From Betaproteobacteria bacterium (GTDB lineage: Bacteria > Pseudomonadota > Gammaproteobacteria > Burkholderiales > SG8-41): a DNA stretch of 35,189 nt. The position numbers were made by a program, and so were the translations under genes. The stretch lies in contig JAIOOZ010000038.1 of NCBI GenBank assembly GCA_021414185.1, positions 1 to 35,189 of the forward strand, given 5' to 3'. This document shows, piece by piece, positions 1 to 7,960 of the stretch (the first letter of the stretch is position 1; every line of letters begins with the position of its first letter). The notes under the pieces were generated by a model. It saw only the letters and a list, made by a program, of their open reading frames with translations, did not search any database and was not told where the DNA came from.

Positions 1-101
1 AGGCGATCAGCGATTTGAACCTGCAGCAGGTCTACCTGCAGGCGGCGCAGCAGGCGTTCCTGAAGACCACCTCGCTCAACCTGTTCGATATCCTGCGATG
101 A
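1..101 (+). CDS. flgL: Flagellar hook-associated protein 3 (FlgL), C-terminal fragment, truncated by window edge
   Basis: Frame starting at 3 reads AISDLNLQQVYLQAAQQAFLKTTSLNLFDILR*, the typical FlgL C-terminus; TGA at 99-101 overlaps the next ATG. Confidence 0.85.
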   Translation, partial: AISDLNLQQVYLQAAQQAFLKTTSLNLFDILR

Positions 102-538
102 GCGCCCGGCGCCTGGTTCGGGTTTTCTGCGTGTGCGCGACCGCGCTGGCCAGCGGCTGCATCGGCATCGACGGCGTGAGTTCGCGCGGCGTCGTCATCC
201 CGAATGAAGCACTCACCCTGAGCCGCTCGGTCGCGATTCCGTTTGAATCGATCATCGCGGGCGCCGCGCTCTACATGATCATCGACCCGCTGGCGCCCAA
301 CTGGCAGATCGAGGAAACCCGCTACGAAGGCGGGCGTTACCTGATCGCCATGAAGAAAAAGCGCTTCACCACCGGCGGCGACGGCGAAGCCGCGCAAATC
401 TTCTACCGCCGTGCCGCGCAGATCGCGAACGAGCAGGGCGGCAGCACCTACCGCATCGTCGAGTATTCCGAAGGTGTTGAATCGAACGTGCTGATCGCGC
501 AGCGCGTCGCGCAGGGTGTGGTGGTGGTTGTTAAGTAG
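98..538 (+). CDS. Hypothetical lipoprotein, translationally coupled to flgL
   Basis: 146 aa; basic N-terminus, hydrophobic stretch and lipobox-like LASGC; ATGA overlap with the flgL stop. Confidence 0.7.
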   Translation: MSARRLVRVFCVCATALASGCIGIDGVSSRGVVIPNEALTLSRSVAIPFESIIAGAALYMIIDPLAPNWQIEETRYEGGRYLIAMKKKRFTTGGDGEAAQIFYRRAAQIANEQGGSTYRIVEYSEGVESNVLIAQRVAQGVVVVVK

Positions 539-580
539 TTTGGCGGGAGCGCCCGCTCGATAGCGGAGGGGGCGTCGGTT

Positions 581-1060
581 TTACGGAGCCAAAACGCTGC
601 CGTTGAGCTCAATGAACTTGCCCGTCTGGAAACGGGCGCCTAAGGTGTGCTCTTCGTCCCACGCAGTGGTGTAGCCAAGCTCCACGGTAAGTGAGCCGTC
701 CAACGGGGTGACGGCGACGTAGATAAGCTTTGCGTGAGGCCAAACCCCGTTTGGCGTTGCGATTTCAGGGAAAGACTCTTCCATCGGTTCAAGCTCGCCC
801 GCAGCTACAGATTCCGCGTAAGGGCTGTAGTGCTCGAACAATCCAGTCTCAATCGTTGCGCGCCATGAAGCGAATTGCGCCGGCACCTCTTTGGCCAATG
901 CGATCGCCTGTGCGTCAGGTTCGGTTCGCGTGCCGGACAGAACTAGCGGAACGCTTTCGCCGCCCGCAAGAGCAAGCGACCCGCGCCAATGCCCGCGCGA
1001 GCGTTTCAGCTCTCCGAGTTGCGGGTCGCTAAATGGTGGTGATTTGAATAGGCCGAACAA
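581..1060 (-). CDS. Hypothetical protein (WDEEH motif, possibly DUF6985/immunity-like), cassette-like gene
   Basis: 159-aa ORF with TTG start preceded by a G-rich RBS-like GGGGG; globular composition; family guess from the C-terminal WDEEH motif only. Confidence 0.6.
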   Translation of the reverse strand: MFGLFKSPPFSDPQLGELKRSRGHWRGSLALAGGESVPLVLSGTRTEPDAQAIALAKEVPAQFASWRATIETGLFEHYSPYAESVAAGELEPMEESFPEIATPNGVWPHAKLIYVAVTPLDGSLTVELGYTTAWDEEHTLGARFQTGKFIELNGSVLAP

Positions 1061-1082
1061 TTGCGCCCCCGATCGACTACGC

Positions 1083-1148
1083 TTTTAGCATCCGTGTTGT
1101 GTTGCGCGCGGCTGTTCTCGCCGCGTGTCACACTCGACGCAGTTAAGT
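1083..1148 (-). other. Degenerate attC-like integron cassette recombination site
   Basis: Minus strand: ACTTAAC (RYYYAAC, containing the DUF2442 stop), an imperfect hairpin with a CGCGGC/GCCGCG core, then ACACAAC-N6-GCTAAAA (decayed GTTRRRY); 66 bp; next gene starts about 20 nt later. Confidence 0.4.
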
Positions 1149-1418
1149 GCGGACCTGCGCCACCAACGGAAACTCTTCCGGGTGACGAATTGATTCGACG
1201 GCCAAGTCGACATCGAGGTCGGGCCAGTACAGATGATGCGATTGTGGACGTTCGACATTCATGAGTTTTGCGATCGGCGCGTCCTTGAACCATGGAAACG
1301 ACGAAAACGGTACAAACAGCTCCTCGGCTTCGAGCATAAGCCAGAAGCCATGCGGCGAGACGTTCGTAACCTCAACGTCCAAAGTGCTTGTGCCAGGCCT
1401 TGCGGATGTCATTTTCAT
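1143..1418 (-). CDS. DUF2442-family protein (putative antitoxin, DhiA-like)
   Basis: VEVTNVSPHGFWL...FPWF...LYWPDLDVDLAVESI signature; overlaps the upstream DUF4160 gene; start may be 1412. Confidence 0.8.
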   Translation of the reverse strand: MKMTSARPGTSTLDVEVTNVSPHGFWLMLEAEELFVPFSSFPWFKDAPIAKLMNVERPQSHHLYWPDLDVDLAVESIRHPEEFPLVAQVRT

Positions 1419-1611
1419 GTTTCCGGATCAACGCTTCTGCCGCCCGCATCTGGCGGTCGTTCAGGCCATAATTCTGCGCCAGTTCGATGTGAGGTTCAAG
1501 CCAGAATTTCGCTTCGCCATCGGCGCAATTCACGTGCACGTGCATTCGCAATTCCTCGCGGGAGAAGAAAAAGAACCGGAATCCGTCTTCACGAAAGATT
1601 GTTGGGCTCAA
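1372..1611 (-). CDS. DUF4160-family protein (putative toxin, DhiT-like)
   Basis: SPTIFREDGFRFFFFSREE..MHVHV...EAKFWL...AWHKHF signature; TTG start at 1611 after an AGGA RBS is preferred to the ATG at 1665. Confidence 0.8.
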   Translation of the reverse strand: MSPTIFREDGFRFFFFSREELRMHVHVNCADGEAKFWLEPHIELAQNYGLNDRQMRAAEALIRKHENDIRKAWHKHFGR

Positions 1612-1699
1612 AGCTATTTCCTGCGGCGCTTTAGATGTTATTTTAAAGATTGGTAACTGCCACATTACGCTGCATGCAATCTAAGCGCAATTCTGTTTC

Positions 1700-1713
1700 C
1701 CACCGTACGGTGG
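1700..1713. repeat. Perfect 14-bp palindrome downstream of fliR
   Basis: CCACCGTACGGTGG is its own reverse complement; sits at the fliR/insert junction; possible terminator or operator. Confidence 0.5.
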
Positions 1714-1730
1714 AGGCCCACCGGTGAGCG

Positions 1731-2507
1731 CTAGTGCGACGCCACTTTCATCATCGCCTGTAAACCCTGCTCGAAGAGTCTCTCAAAGCCGGGGATCATG
1801 TAGGGCAGGACGAGCAGCAGGGCGATGAAGCCGACGCCGAGGGTGATGGGGAAGCCGATGGCGAAGATGTTGAGCTGCGGCGAGGCGCGGGTGAGGACGG
1901 CCAGTGCAGAGTTGGTGATGAGGAGGGCGGCGATCAAAGGCAGCGACAATTGCACCGCGGCCTGGATGATCATGCTGCCCCATTGCACCAGCGCCATCGA
2001 GCCCGCGGCGAGTGAAAGGGTTGCTTCGGGCGGCACGTTTTGGAAGGACTCGACCAGCGTTGCGATCAGCAGGAGGTGGCCGTTGATCGACAGGAAGACG
2101 AGCGTGGCGAGGAGTCCGAGGAACTGACCGACCACCGGCACGTGCGCGCTTGATTGCGGATCGTAGAACTGCGCGAAGCCCAAGCCCATCTGCAGCCCGA
2201 TGATGTCGCCGGCCATGTTGACGGCGGCGAACACGACGCGCATCGCGAGACCCATGCCGATGCCGATCAGGATTTCGCGCGCGAGCAGCAGCATGCCGTA
2301 GGCCGAGCCGGGCGATACCGTCGGGACTGCCGGCAGCGCAGGTGCGACGAGAATAGTCAGCAGTACGGCGAGCCCGATTTTTGCCGTGAGCGGAAATTGC
2401 TGGTTGCCGAGGACCGGCGCGCTCGCAACGAGCGCGAGGATGCGCGTGAGCGGCCACACGATAAGCATGATCCACGCGTCGAGTTGCGCCGAGGTAACGG
2501 TGATCAT
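1731..2507 (-). CDS. fliR: Flagellar export gate protein FliR
   Basis: Polytopic membrane protein; GDIIGLQMGLGFA, NGHLLLI and PQLNIFAIGFPIT motifs; synteny. Confidence 0.97.
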   Translation of the reverse strand: MITVTSAQLDAWIMLIVWPLTRILALVASAPVLGNQQFPLTAKIGLAVLLTILVAPALPAVPTVSPGSAYGMLLLAREILIGIGMGLAMRVVFAAVNMAGDIIGLQMGLGFAQFYDPQSSAHVPVVGQFLGLLATLVFLSINGHLLLIATLVESFQNVPPEATLSLAAGSMALVQWGSMIIQAAVQLSLPLIAALLITNSALAVLTRASPQLNIFAIGFPITLGVGFIALLLVLPYMIPGFERLFEQGLQAMMKVASH

Positions 2508-2544
2508 GCGCTCTCGCGGGCTTGTCGGCGGCTACCCGCCGGTA

Positions 2545-2814
2545 TCAACCGATGATGCCCGGGATGCTGGCGAACAAGCGCCGCACGTAATCGACCAGCA
2601 CCGTGGTCATCCACGGGCCTGCCACCACCAGCGTGAAAAACACGCCCAGCAATTTGGGAATGAACGACAAGGTCATTTCGTTGATCTGCGTCGCGGCCTG
2701 GAACACGCTGATCAGGAGGCCAATAGCGAGCGCGGCGAGCAGCACGGGTGCTGAAACCAGCAACATGGTCAGCAGCGCCTGCTGGCCGAGCGACATGACG
2801 GATTCGGGCGTCAT
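2545..2814 (-). CDS. fliQ: Flagellar export gate protein FliQ
   Basis: MTPESV...QAATQINEMTLSFIPK...GPWM motif, 89 aa. Confidence 0.98.
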   Translation of the reverse strand: MTPESVMSLGQQALLTMLLVSAPVLLAALAIGLLISVFQAATQINEMTLSFIPKLLGVFFTLVVAGPWMTTVLVDYVRRLFASIPGIIG

Positions 2815-2822
2815 GGCTGCGC

Positions 2823-2845
2823 CGAGAGGCGTGAGGCGAGAGGCG
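2823..2845. repeat. Heptamer tandem repeat (GAGAGGC/GTGAGGC x3) in the fliP-fliQ spacer
   Basis: cgagaggcgtgaggcgagaggcg; related heptamers occur at 13162-13281 and about 15465-15485. Confidence 0.55.
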
Positions 2846-2904
2846 GTGGCCGCACCCGGTGCGTTCAGTCGTTTTACATCTCGAGCTTTTCATGGAGTGC
2901 ACCA

Positions 2905-3753
2905 TCAAACCGCGAAACTCTGCGCGAGCGAGCCGATCAGCAGCGCCCAGCCGTCAACGAGCACGAAGATCATGAGCTTGAACGGCAGCGACACCATCGC
3001 CGGCGACACCATCATCATGCCCATGGACATCAGCACGCTGGCGACCACCATGTCGATGATGAGGAACGGTATCAGCACGATAAAGCCGATCTGGAATGCG
3101 GTTTTCAATTCGCTGGTGACAAAGGCCGGAAGCAATACTTTCATCGGCACCTGCTTGATGTCTTCGAGTTTATGGTCGGCGAGTTTCAGGAAGAGGGCGA
3201 GATCGCCTTCGCGCGTCTGCTTCAGCATGAAAGTACGCAGCGGCACGCTGCCTTGTTCGAGCGCCTGGACAAGATTGATCTTGTTCTCGGCGAACGGCTG
3301 ATAGGCATCCGCGTAGACTTTGTCGAGCACCGGCGACATTACGAACAACGTCAGAAACAGCGCGAGTCCGATCAGGACCTGGTTGGGCGGCGAGCTCGGT
3401 GTGCCCAGTGCCTGACGCAGCAGCGAGAGCACGATGATGATGCGCGTGAAGCCCGTCATCATCAGCAGTACTGCCGGCAGAAAGGCAAGCGACGTCAGCA
3501 GCAGCAGGGTCTGTATGCTCAGGCTGTAGGTCTGGCCACCGCCGGGCGCGGGCGTGCTGGTGAGCGCGGGCAAGCCCTGCGCCGCCGCCGGCAATGCCAG
3601 CGTGCACAGGACGATGGCGAGCCACGTGCAATTTTTTGCAAAAACGTTCGGGCTGAGGTATCGAAGCATGAACGGGCGCGTCCACGAGACTATCCTTTTC
3701 ACGCTTCTATACATCAGCGCGAACGGATTCCTAAGCGAGCTTCTACCGTTCAT
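2905..3753 (-). CDS. fliP: Flagellar export gate protein FliP (start uncertain: 3753, 3714 or 3669)
   Basis: [35 protein letters not shown] and [13 protein letters not shown] motifs; signal peptide ending AAA-Q. Confidence 0.97.
   Translation of the reverse strand: MNGRSSLRNPFALMYRSVKRIVSWTRPFMLRYLSPNVFAKNCTWLAIVLCTLALPAAAQGLPALTSTPAPGGGQTYSLSIQTLLLLTSLAFLPAVLLMMTGFTRIIIVLSLLRQALGTPSSPPNQVLIGLALFLTLFVMSPVLDKVYADAYQPFAENKINLVQALEQGSVPLRTFMLKQTREGDLALFLKLADHKLEDIKQVPMKVLLPAFVTSELKTAFQIGFIVLIPFLIIDMVVASVLMSMGMMMVSPAMVSLPFKLMIFVLVDGWALLIGSLAQSFAV
3645..3725. repeat. Palindromic REP/MITE-like element inside the 5' coding region of fliP
   Basis: Arms CGTTCGGGCTGAGGTATCGAAGC (3645-3667) and GCTTCTATACATCAGCGCGAACG (3703-3725) are 20/23 complementary; resembles the proteobacterial CCGTTCG..CTGAG..TCGAAG / CTTCGA..CTCAG..CGAACGG repeat family. 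Confidence 0.75.
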
Positions 3754-4177
3754 TGCGTTTATCCATCATTTTTCTCAGCCATTGCGCGAATGGGGGCATC
3801 GCGTCCGCAGTCACGGGCGCATTGGCGATTTCATCGGGGCGCGGCATTTGATGCAGCGAATTGACGCTGCCGGGCGCAACACCCAGCACGAGCCAGGTCG
3901 CGCCGACTTCGACGATCACCACGCGTTCGCGTTGACCAACGGCGGCACCGGCGACCACGCGCAAGACGCTCGAAGCGCCGTATGTTTTCGGCGCAAGGCG
4001 TTTCAACAACCATGCGGTGCCGGCGATGACTGCGAGCACGACTGCGAGGCCGAGGAAGAGGCTCAACAACTGTCCGGTCACCGCACCCGACGCCGCGGGT
4101 GTTTGTTCCGCCAACGCGAGGCGGCTTGCGCCGACGGCGATGGCAAAGCACGCAATTTGGCCGAACAAGACGCTCAT
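3743..4177 (-). CDS. fliO: Flagellar biosynthesis protein FliO
   Basis: TM helix followed by [27 protein letters not shown] motif; between fliN and fliP. Confidence 0.93.
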   Translation of the reverse strand: MSVLFGQIACFAIAVGASRLALAEQTPAASGAVTGQLLSLFLGLAVVLAVIAGTAWLLKRLAPKTYGASSVLRVVAGAAVGQRERVVIVEVGATWLVLGVAPGSVNSLHQMPRPDEIANAPVTADAMPPFAQWLRKMMDKRNER

Positions 4178-4584
4178 CGCTTGAGCTTGCGCAGCCGTTC
4201 CGACGGCGTGATGATGTCGGTGAGGCGGATGCCGAACTTGTCGTTGACCACCACGACTTCGCCCTGCGCGATGAGGCAGCCGTTGACCAGCACGTCCATC
4301 GGTTCACCCGCGAGCCCGTCGAGTTCGACGACCGAGCCCTGCGCGAGCTGGAGCAGGTTCTTGATTGCGATCTTGGTGCGTCCGAGTTCGACCGTGAGCT
4401 GCACCGGGATATCGAGAATCATGTCGATATCGTTGTGCGCGCCCGCGGGCGCACCCCCGGCCGAGAATTGCTCGAATATCGGCGCCGCGACCTGGGACGA
4501 TGCGTCGGGGCCGGCCGGCGCCTGCTCTGCCGTCGAGGGTGCCCAGTCGCCGGCCGAAATCTGCGCTTCTGCTGTTTCGCTCAT
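4174..4584 (-). CDS. fliN: Flagellar motor switch protein FliN
   Basis: DIPVQLTVELGRT...LAQGSVVEL...GEVVVVNDKFGIR SpoA domain. Confidence 0.98.
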   Translation of the reverse strand: MSETAEAQISAGDWAPSTAEQAPAGPDASSQVAAPIFEQFSAGGAPAGAHNDIDMILDIPVQLTVELGRTKIAIKNLLQLAQGSVVELDGLAGEPMDVLVNGCLIAQGEVVVVNDKFGIRLTDIITPSERLRKLKR

Positions 4585-4596
4585 GGTGATCTCCTG

Positions 4597-5580
4597 TCAA
4601 TTCTCGTGCGCGGCGCTCGGCAGCAATTGCTCGACACGCAACGCATACTGGCCGTTGAAAATTCCGCATTTGCATTCCATCACGGGCACGCCGTCGACTT
4701 CCGCGACTATGGGCTGCGGAATGTCCAGCGCGATGATGTCGCCGACCTGCATGCCGAGCAGCTGGTCGAACGTCAGCTCGACATTGCCGAGATTGACGAC
4801 CATTTCGACTTCGGCGCTTTGCACCTGTTTCGACAGCTGGCGTATCCAGTGCTTGTCGGCTTCCACGTGCTCGCTCTGCAGGCTGCTGCGCAGCAGGTCG
4901 CCGATGGGCTCGAGCATCGAATACGGCATGCAGATGTGAAATTCGCCGCCGCGGGAGGCGCCGAACTCGATGTTGAAAGTGGTGACGACCACCACCTCGT
5001 TCGGCATGGCGATGCTGGCGAACTGCGTGGTGATTTCGGAGCGCACGTGTTCGCATTTAACCGCATGCACCGAGGCCCATGATTTTTCGAGGTCCTCGAA
5101 CACGATCTGCAGCATGCAACGGATGATGCGCTGCTCGGTCGGCGTGAATTCGCGACCTTCGGCGCGCTCCGGCAACTGGCCGCTGCCGCCGAACAGGTTG
5201 TCCACGATCATGAACACGAGGTTGGCATCGAAAACGAAAAGCGCGGTGCCGCGCAGCGGCTTTACCTGCACCAGATTGAGGTTGGCCGGCACCAGCAGGT
5301 TGCGGACGAATTCGCTGTACTTGACCACGCGCACCGGACCCGCGGAGATGTCGACGCTGCGGCGCACGAAGTTGAAGAGCCCGGTCCGCAGGTGGCGCAC
5401 GAAGCGCTCGTTGATGATCTCGAGCATGGGCATGCGTCCGCGCACGATGCGTTCCTGGGTCGCGAGGTTGTACGGGCGCACGCCGGAGTCCGCGCCCTCG
5501 TCCTTCGCCTCCTCGGGTTCGCCGCTCACGCCTTTCAACAGCGCGTCGACTTCTTCCTGCGACAGAAAATCCTTGCTCAT
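4597..5580 (-). CDS. fliM: Flagellar motor switch protein FliM
   Basis: Start at MSKDFLSQEEVDALL (CheY-binding peptide); RIVRGRMP, LFGG, EGREFT motifs. Confidence 0.97.
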   Translation of the reverse strand: MSKDFLSQEEVDALLKGVSGEPEEAKDEGADSGVRPYNLATQERIVRGRMPMLEIINERFVRHLRTGLFNFVRRSVDISAGPVRVVKYSEFVRNLLVPANLNLVQVKPLRGTALFVFDANLVFMIVDNLFGGSGQLPERAEGREFTPTEQRIIRCMLQIVFEDLEKSWASVHAVKCEHVRSEITTQFASIAMPNEVVVVTTFNIEFGASRGGEFHICMPYSMLEPIGDLLRSSLQSEHVEADKHWIRQLSKQVQSAEVEMVVNLGNVELTFDQLLGMQVGDIIALDIPQPIVAEVDGVPVMECKCGIFNGQYALRVEQLLPSAAHEN

Positions 5581-5587
5581 GGCGCCG

Positions 5588-6247
5588 TCACTGCACGATG
5601 AAGGAAGTAAACAACACGGCCAGCACGGGCAGGGCGGGCTTCGCGCCGGCGGGCGGCGCATCATTCGCCTCTGCGGATTCGGTTTCAGGCTTCGCATCGG
5701 CATCGGATTCGGCCGCGCCTTTGGTTGCGTCGACATCGGCCTTGGCCGGCGCGGCGGGCTTTTTCGGCGTGTCCGCGGTGATCGAGGACGGCACCAGAAT
5801 GCCATTGATCGACGTCACGATATCGGTGGCGAGCCTGCGTTTGCCGTCGAGCGTCAGCAGCGTCGAAGCTTTCTGGCTCGACAGCAGCAGCAGGATGCGG
5901 TCGCGCACCTCGGGCATATGCAGCTTGATGGCGTCTACCGCGGCATTGTCGGCGACCCTGAGCGTGAGTCCGACCTGCAGGAATTGCGGGTTGTCTTCGA
6001 GCTGCAGGTTGACGGTGAATGGATCGAGCGGCATGAACTGCGGCGGCTTGGCGGGTTCAGCTTTGGCTTCCTTCGCGGCGTCGTCGTGGGAGCGGTTCAG
6101 GTGCCAGTAAGCGCCGCCGCCGGCAGCGCCGACGATCGCCAACACTGCTACCAGCATCTTCCAGTTGAGCGATTTTTTTTTCGGCGGCGGGGCGTCCGCT
6201 GCCGCGTCGGGCTTGACTGCTTCCTTCTTGACTGCGCTTACCGCCAT
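5588..6247 (-). CDS. fliL: Flagellar basal body-associated protein FliL
   Basis: N-terminal TM, PFTVNL, MPEVRDRILLLLS, C-terminal VLFTSFIVQ; long low-complexity insertion. Confidence 0.95.
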   Translation of the reverse strand: MAVSAVKKEAVKPDAAADAPPPKKKSLNWKMLVAVLAIVGAAGGGAYWHLNRSHDDAAKEAKAEPAKPPQFMPLDPFTVNLQLEDNPQFLQVGLTLRVADNAAVDAIKLHMPEVRDRILLLLSSQKASTLLTLDGKRRLATDIVTSINGILVPSSITADTPKKPAAPAKADVDATKGAAESDADAKPETESAEANDAPPAGAKPALPVLAVLFTSFIVQ

Positions 6248-6285
6248 GTTGATTCCCTCGCCGGTACGTTCGGGTACGTCGAAGA

Positions 6286-6349
6286 ATTATGGCGGTCTGG
6301 CGGGTGCTGCAATGGGATGAAAAGACCGCCTATTTGCGTTCTACTCGGG
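6286..6349 (-). promoter_or_regulatory. Putative FlhDC-dependent class II promoter of fliL
   Basis: Minus strand CCCGAGTAGA-N14-TCTTTTCATC-N24-CATAAT; shares the 13-mer CCGCCTATTTGCG with the fliF/fliE intergenic region. Confidence 0.6.
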
Positions 6350-6367
6350 TGTTTGGAAGCGGCCCGT

Positions 6368-7444
6368 TCAGGCGAACAGGTCGACCAGGCCGCGGCGTCG
6401 TGTCGGCAGCGTGGTGACAAGCGGTGCTCCCGGTGCCCCCGGCTCCTGTACCGGTATATTTGAGTTGCCGCGCCGGGCGTGGTCCTGGGGGGTGGCGAAC
6501 GCGGCGCCGTCGCGTGGCGTGTCGGCGGTCACGCTGGCGTTGCCGAGCATGACCCCGCTTTCGGCCAGGACTTCGCGCAGCCGCGGCAATGATGCTTCCA
6601 CGGCGTCGCGGACCGCTCCATGCGGTGAAGTGAACACCGCGGTCGTGTGGTGCTCGTTGATCGTGAGCTTGATATCGAGCGGGCCGAGTTCGGGCGGATT
6701 GACGCGCAGCTCGGCGACGTGCTGTTTCTCGCCTATCATCCAGACGACTTTTTGACCGAGCTCGCTTCCCCATGCGGCAGAGCCGACCACTGCGTTGATT
6801 TGCAATTTCTGCAATTGCGCAGCTTGCGGTGCCGGCGCGGCCGCCGGCGGTGTTGCGTGCGCCGGCGTCAACGGCGCCAGCGGCAGCGGGGGCGCATCGC
6901 GGCCCGCTTCAAGTCGATTGCCTTCGGGTGTTGCGGGGTGTTCGGCGAGCCGCATCACCGTCGCGGCCTCGCCGGCCGCTTCCGGCGCGGGTTTTTGCGC
7001 GGGTGCGGCTTCGAGGCTGGCGGTCGGCGCGGTGCCGGCGGGCACCGCCGCGGAAATCGCCGGAGCTGCCGGCGCGTCGGCCGCGCGGGCGTCCTGTTTT
7101 ACGTCGCCTGCAGACTGCGGCGCGGTGGGTACCGCCGGCAGCAGCGCCGCCAGGACCGCGAGCGGCGTGCCCGCGGCGCCGGCGTCGAGCGCGGTCGCCG
7201 CTGCGGTCATTTCGTCGGCTTCGTCTTCGTTCACGGCAGCATTTGCCGGGTCGTCCGCATCGACCGCATCGCCGGCGCTCATGCCGGGAAGCCCCGCAGG
7301 CTTGCCGCCCTTGGCGTGCTGCGTGAACGCGGCTTGCAGCGCCACGGCCCACGGCAGCGCTTCGAATTCACCGGTTGCTTCCGCAGGAGAGCCCCTGGCA
7401 CCGCCGGGCGCGATCGGGGACGACGTGACTGGCAGCGTTTCCAT
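6368..7444 (-). CDS. fliK: Flagellar hook-length control protein FliK
   Basis: Ala/Pro-rich N-terminus; C-terminal AELRVNPPELGPL...LPRLREVLAESG domain; follows fliJ. Confidence 0.93.
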   Translation of the reverse strand: METLPVTSSPIAPGGARGSPAEATGEFEALPWAVALQAAFTQHAKGGKPAGLPGMSAGDAVDADDPANAAVNEDEADEMTAAATALDAGAAGTPLAVLAALLPAVPTAPQSAGDVKQDARAADAPAAPAISAAVPAGTAPTASLEAAPAQKPAPEAAGEAATVMRLAEHPATPEGNRLEAGRDAPPLPLAPLTPAHATPPAAAPAPQAAQLQKLQINAVVGSAAWGSELGQKVVWMIGEKQHVAELRVNPPELGPLDIKLTINEHHTTAVFTSPHGAVRDAVEASLPRLREVLAESGVMLGNASVTADTPRDGAAFATPQDHARRGNSNIPVQEPGAPGAPLVTTLPTRRRGLVDLFA

Positions 7445-7446
7445 GT

Positions 7447-7926
7447 TTATCTCCGGTTCTTTGGCGTGGCGCCGCCGCCATGCGCGTTGTGCTGGGCGCG
7501 GTTGGCACGGCTCGCGAAATCATCCTGTATTTTTTGCTCGCGGCCCGCTTCGCGGCGCTGCGCCACGGCGTCGAAGCGCTGGGCGAGCGTGCCGAACGCC
7601 TTGGACTTGCGCTCTTTCAGCTGCCAGTCGTTGCGGCCGCATTCGACGCGCGTGCGCGTATCGACCACCAGCGCGTGCTGCTGCAGGATAGCCTGTTCCA
7701 GGCGCTCCAGAAACTCGTGGAAGTTCCGCAACCCGGCGCCGTCGAGTCCGCTGCCGCCGGCGTGTCGCAGGCGTTGCTGGTATTCGTCGCGATACTTGAA
7801 GAGCAGCATTAATTTCTCTTCGTGTTGCTGCAGCTGCCGGTTCAGCGCCCCCAGGCTTGCCGCCGCCGATTCGGCGGTCGTCTCGGCAATTTGCAGCAGT
7901 TGTTTCAGGGCAAATGGTTGCGACAT
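7447..7926 (-). CDS. fliJ: Flagellar export protein FliJ
   Basis: LLFKYRDEYQQR...NFHEFLERLEQAI...EQKIQDDFA; start MSQPF at 7926 preferred. Confidence 0.93.
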   Translation of the reverse strand: MSQPFALKQLLQIAETTAESAAASLGALNRQLQQHEEKLMLLFKYRDEYQQRLRHAGGSGLDGAGLRNFHEFLERLEQAILQQHALVVDTRTRVECGRNDWQLKERKSKAFGTLAQRFDAVAQRREAGREQKIQDDFASRANRAQHNAHGGGATPKNRR

Positions 7927-7960
7927 GGGTTTTTTCCGATGCATGAATTATTCGATCCGT

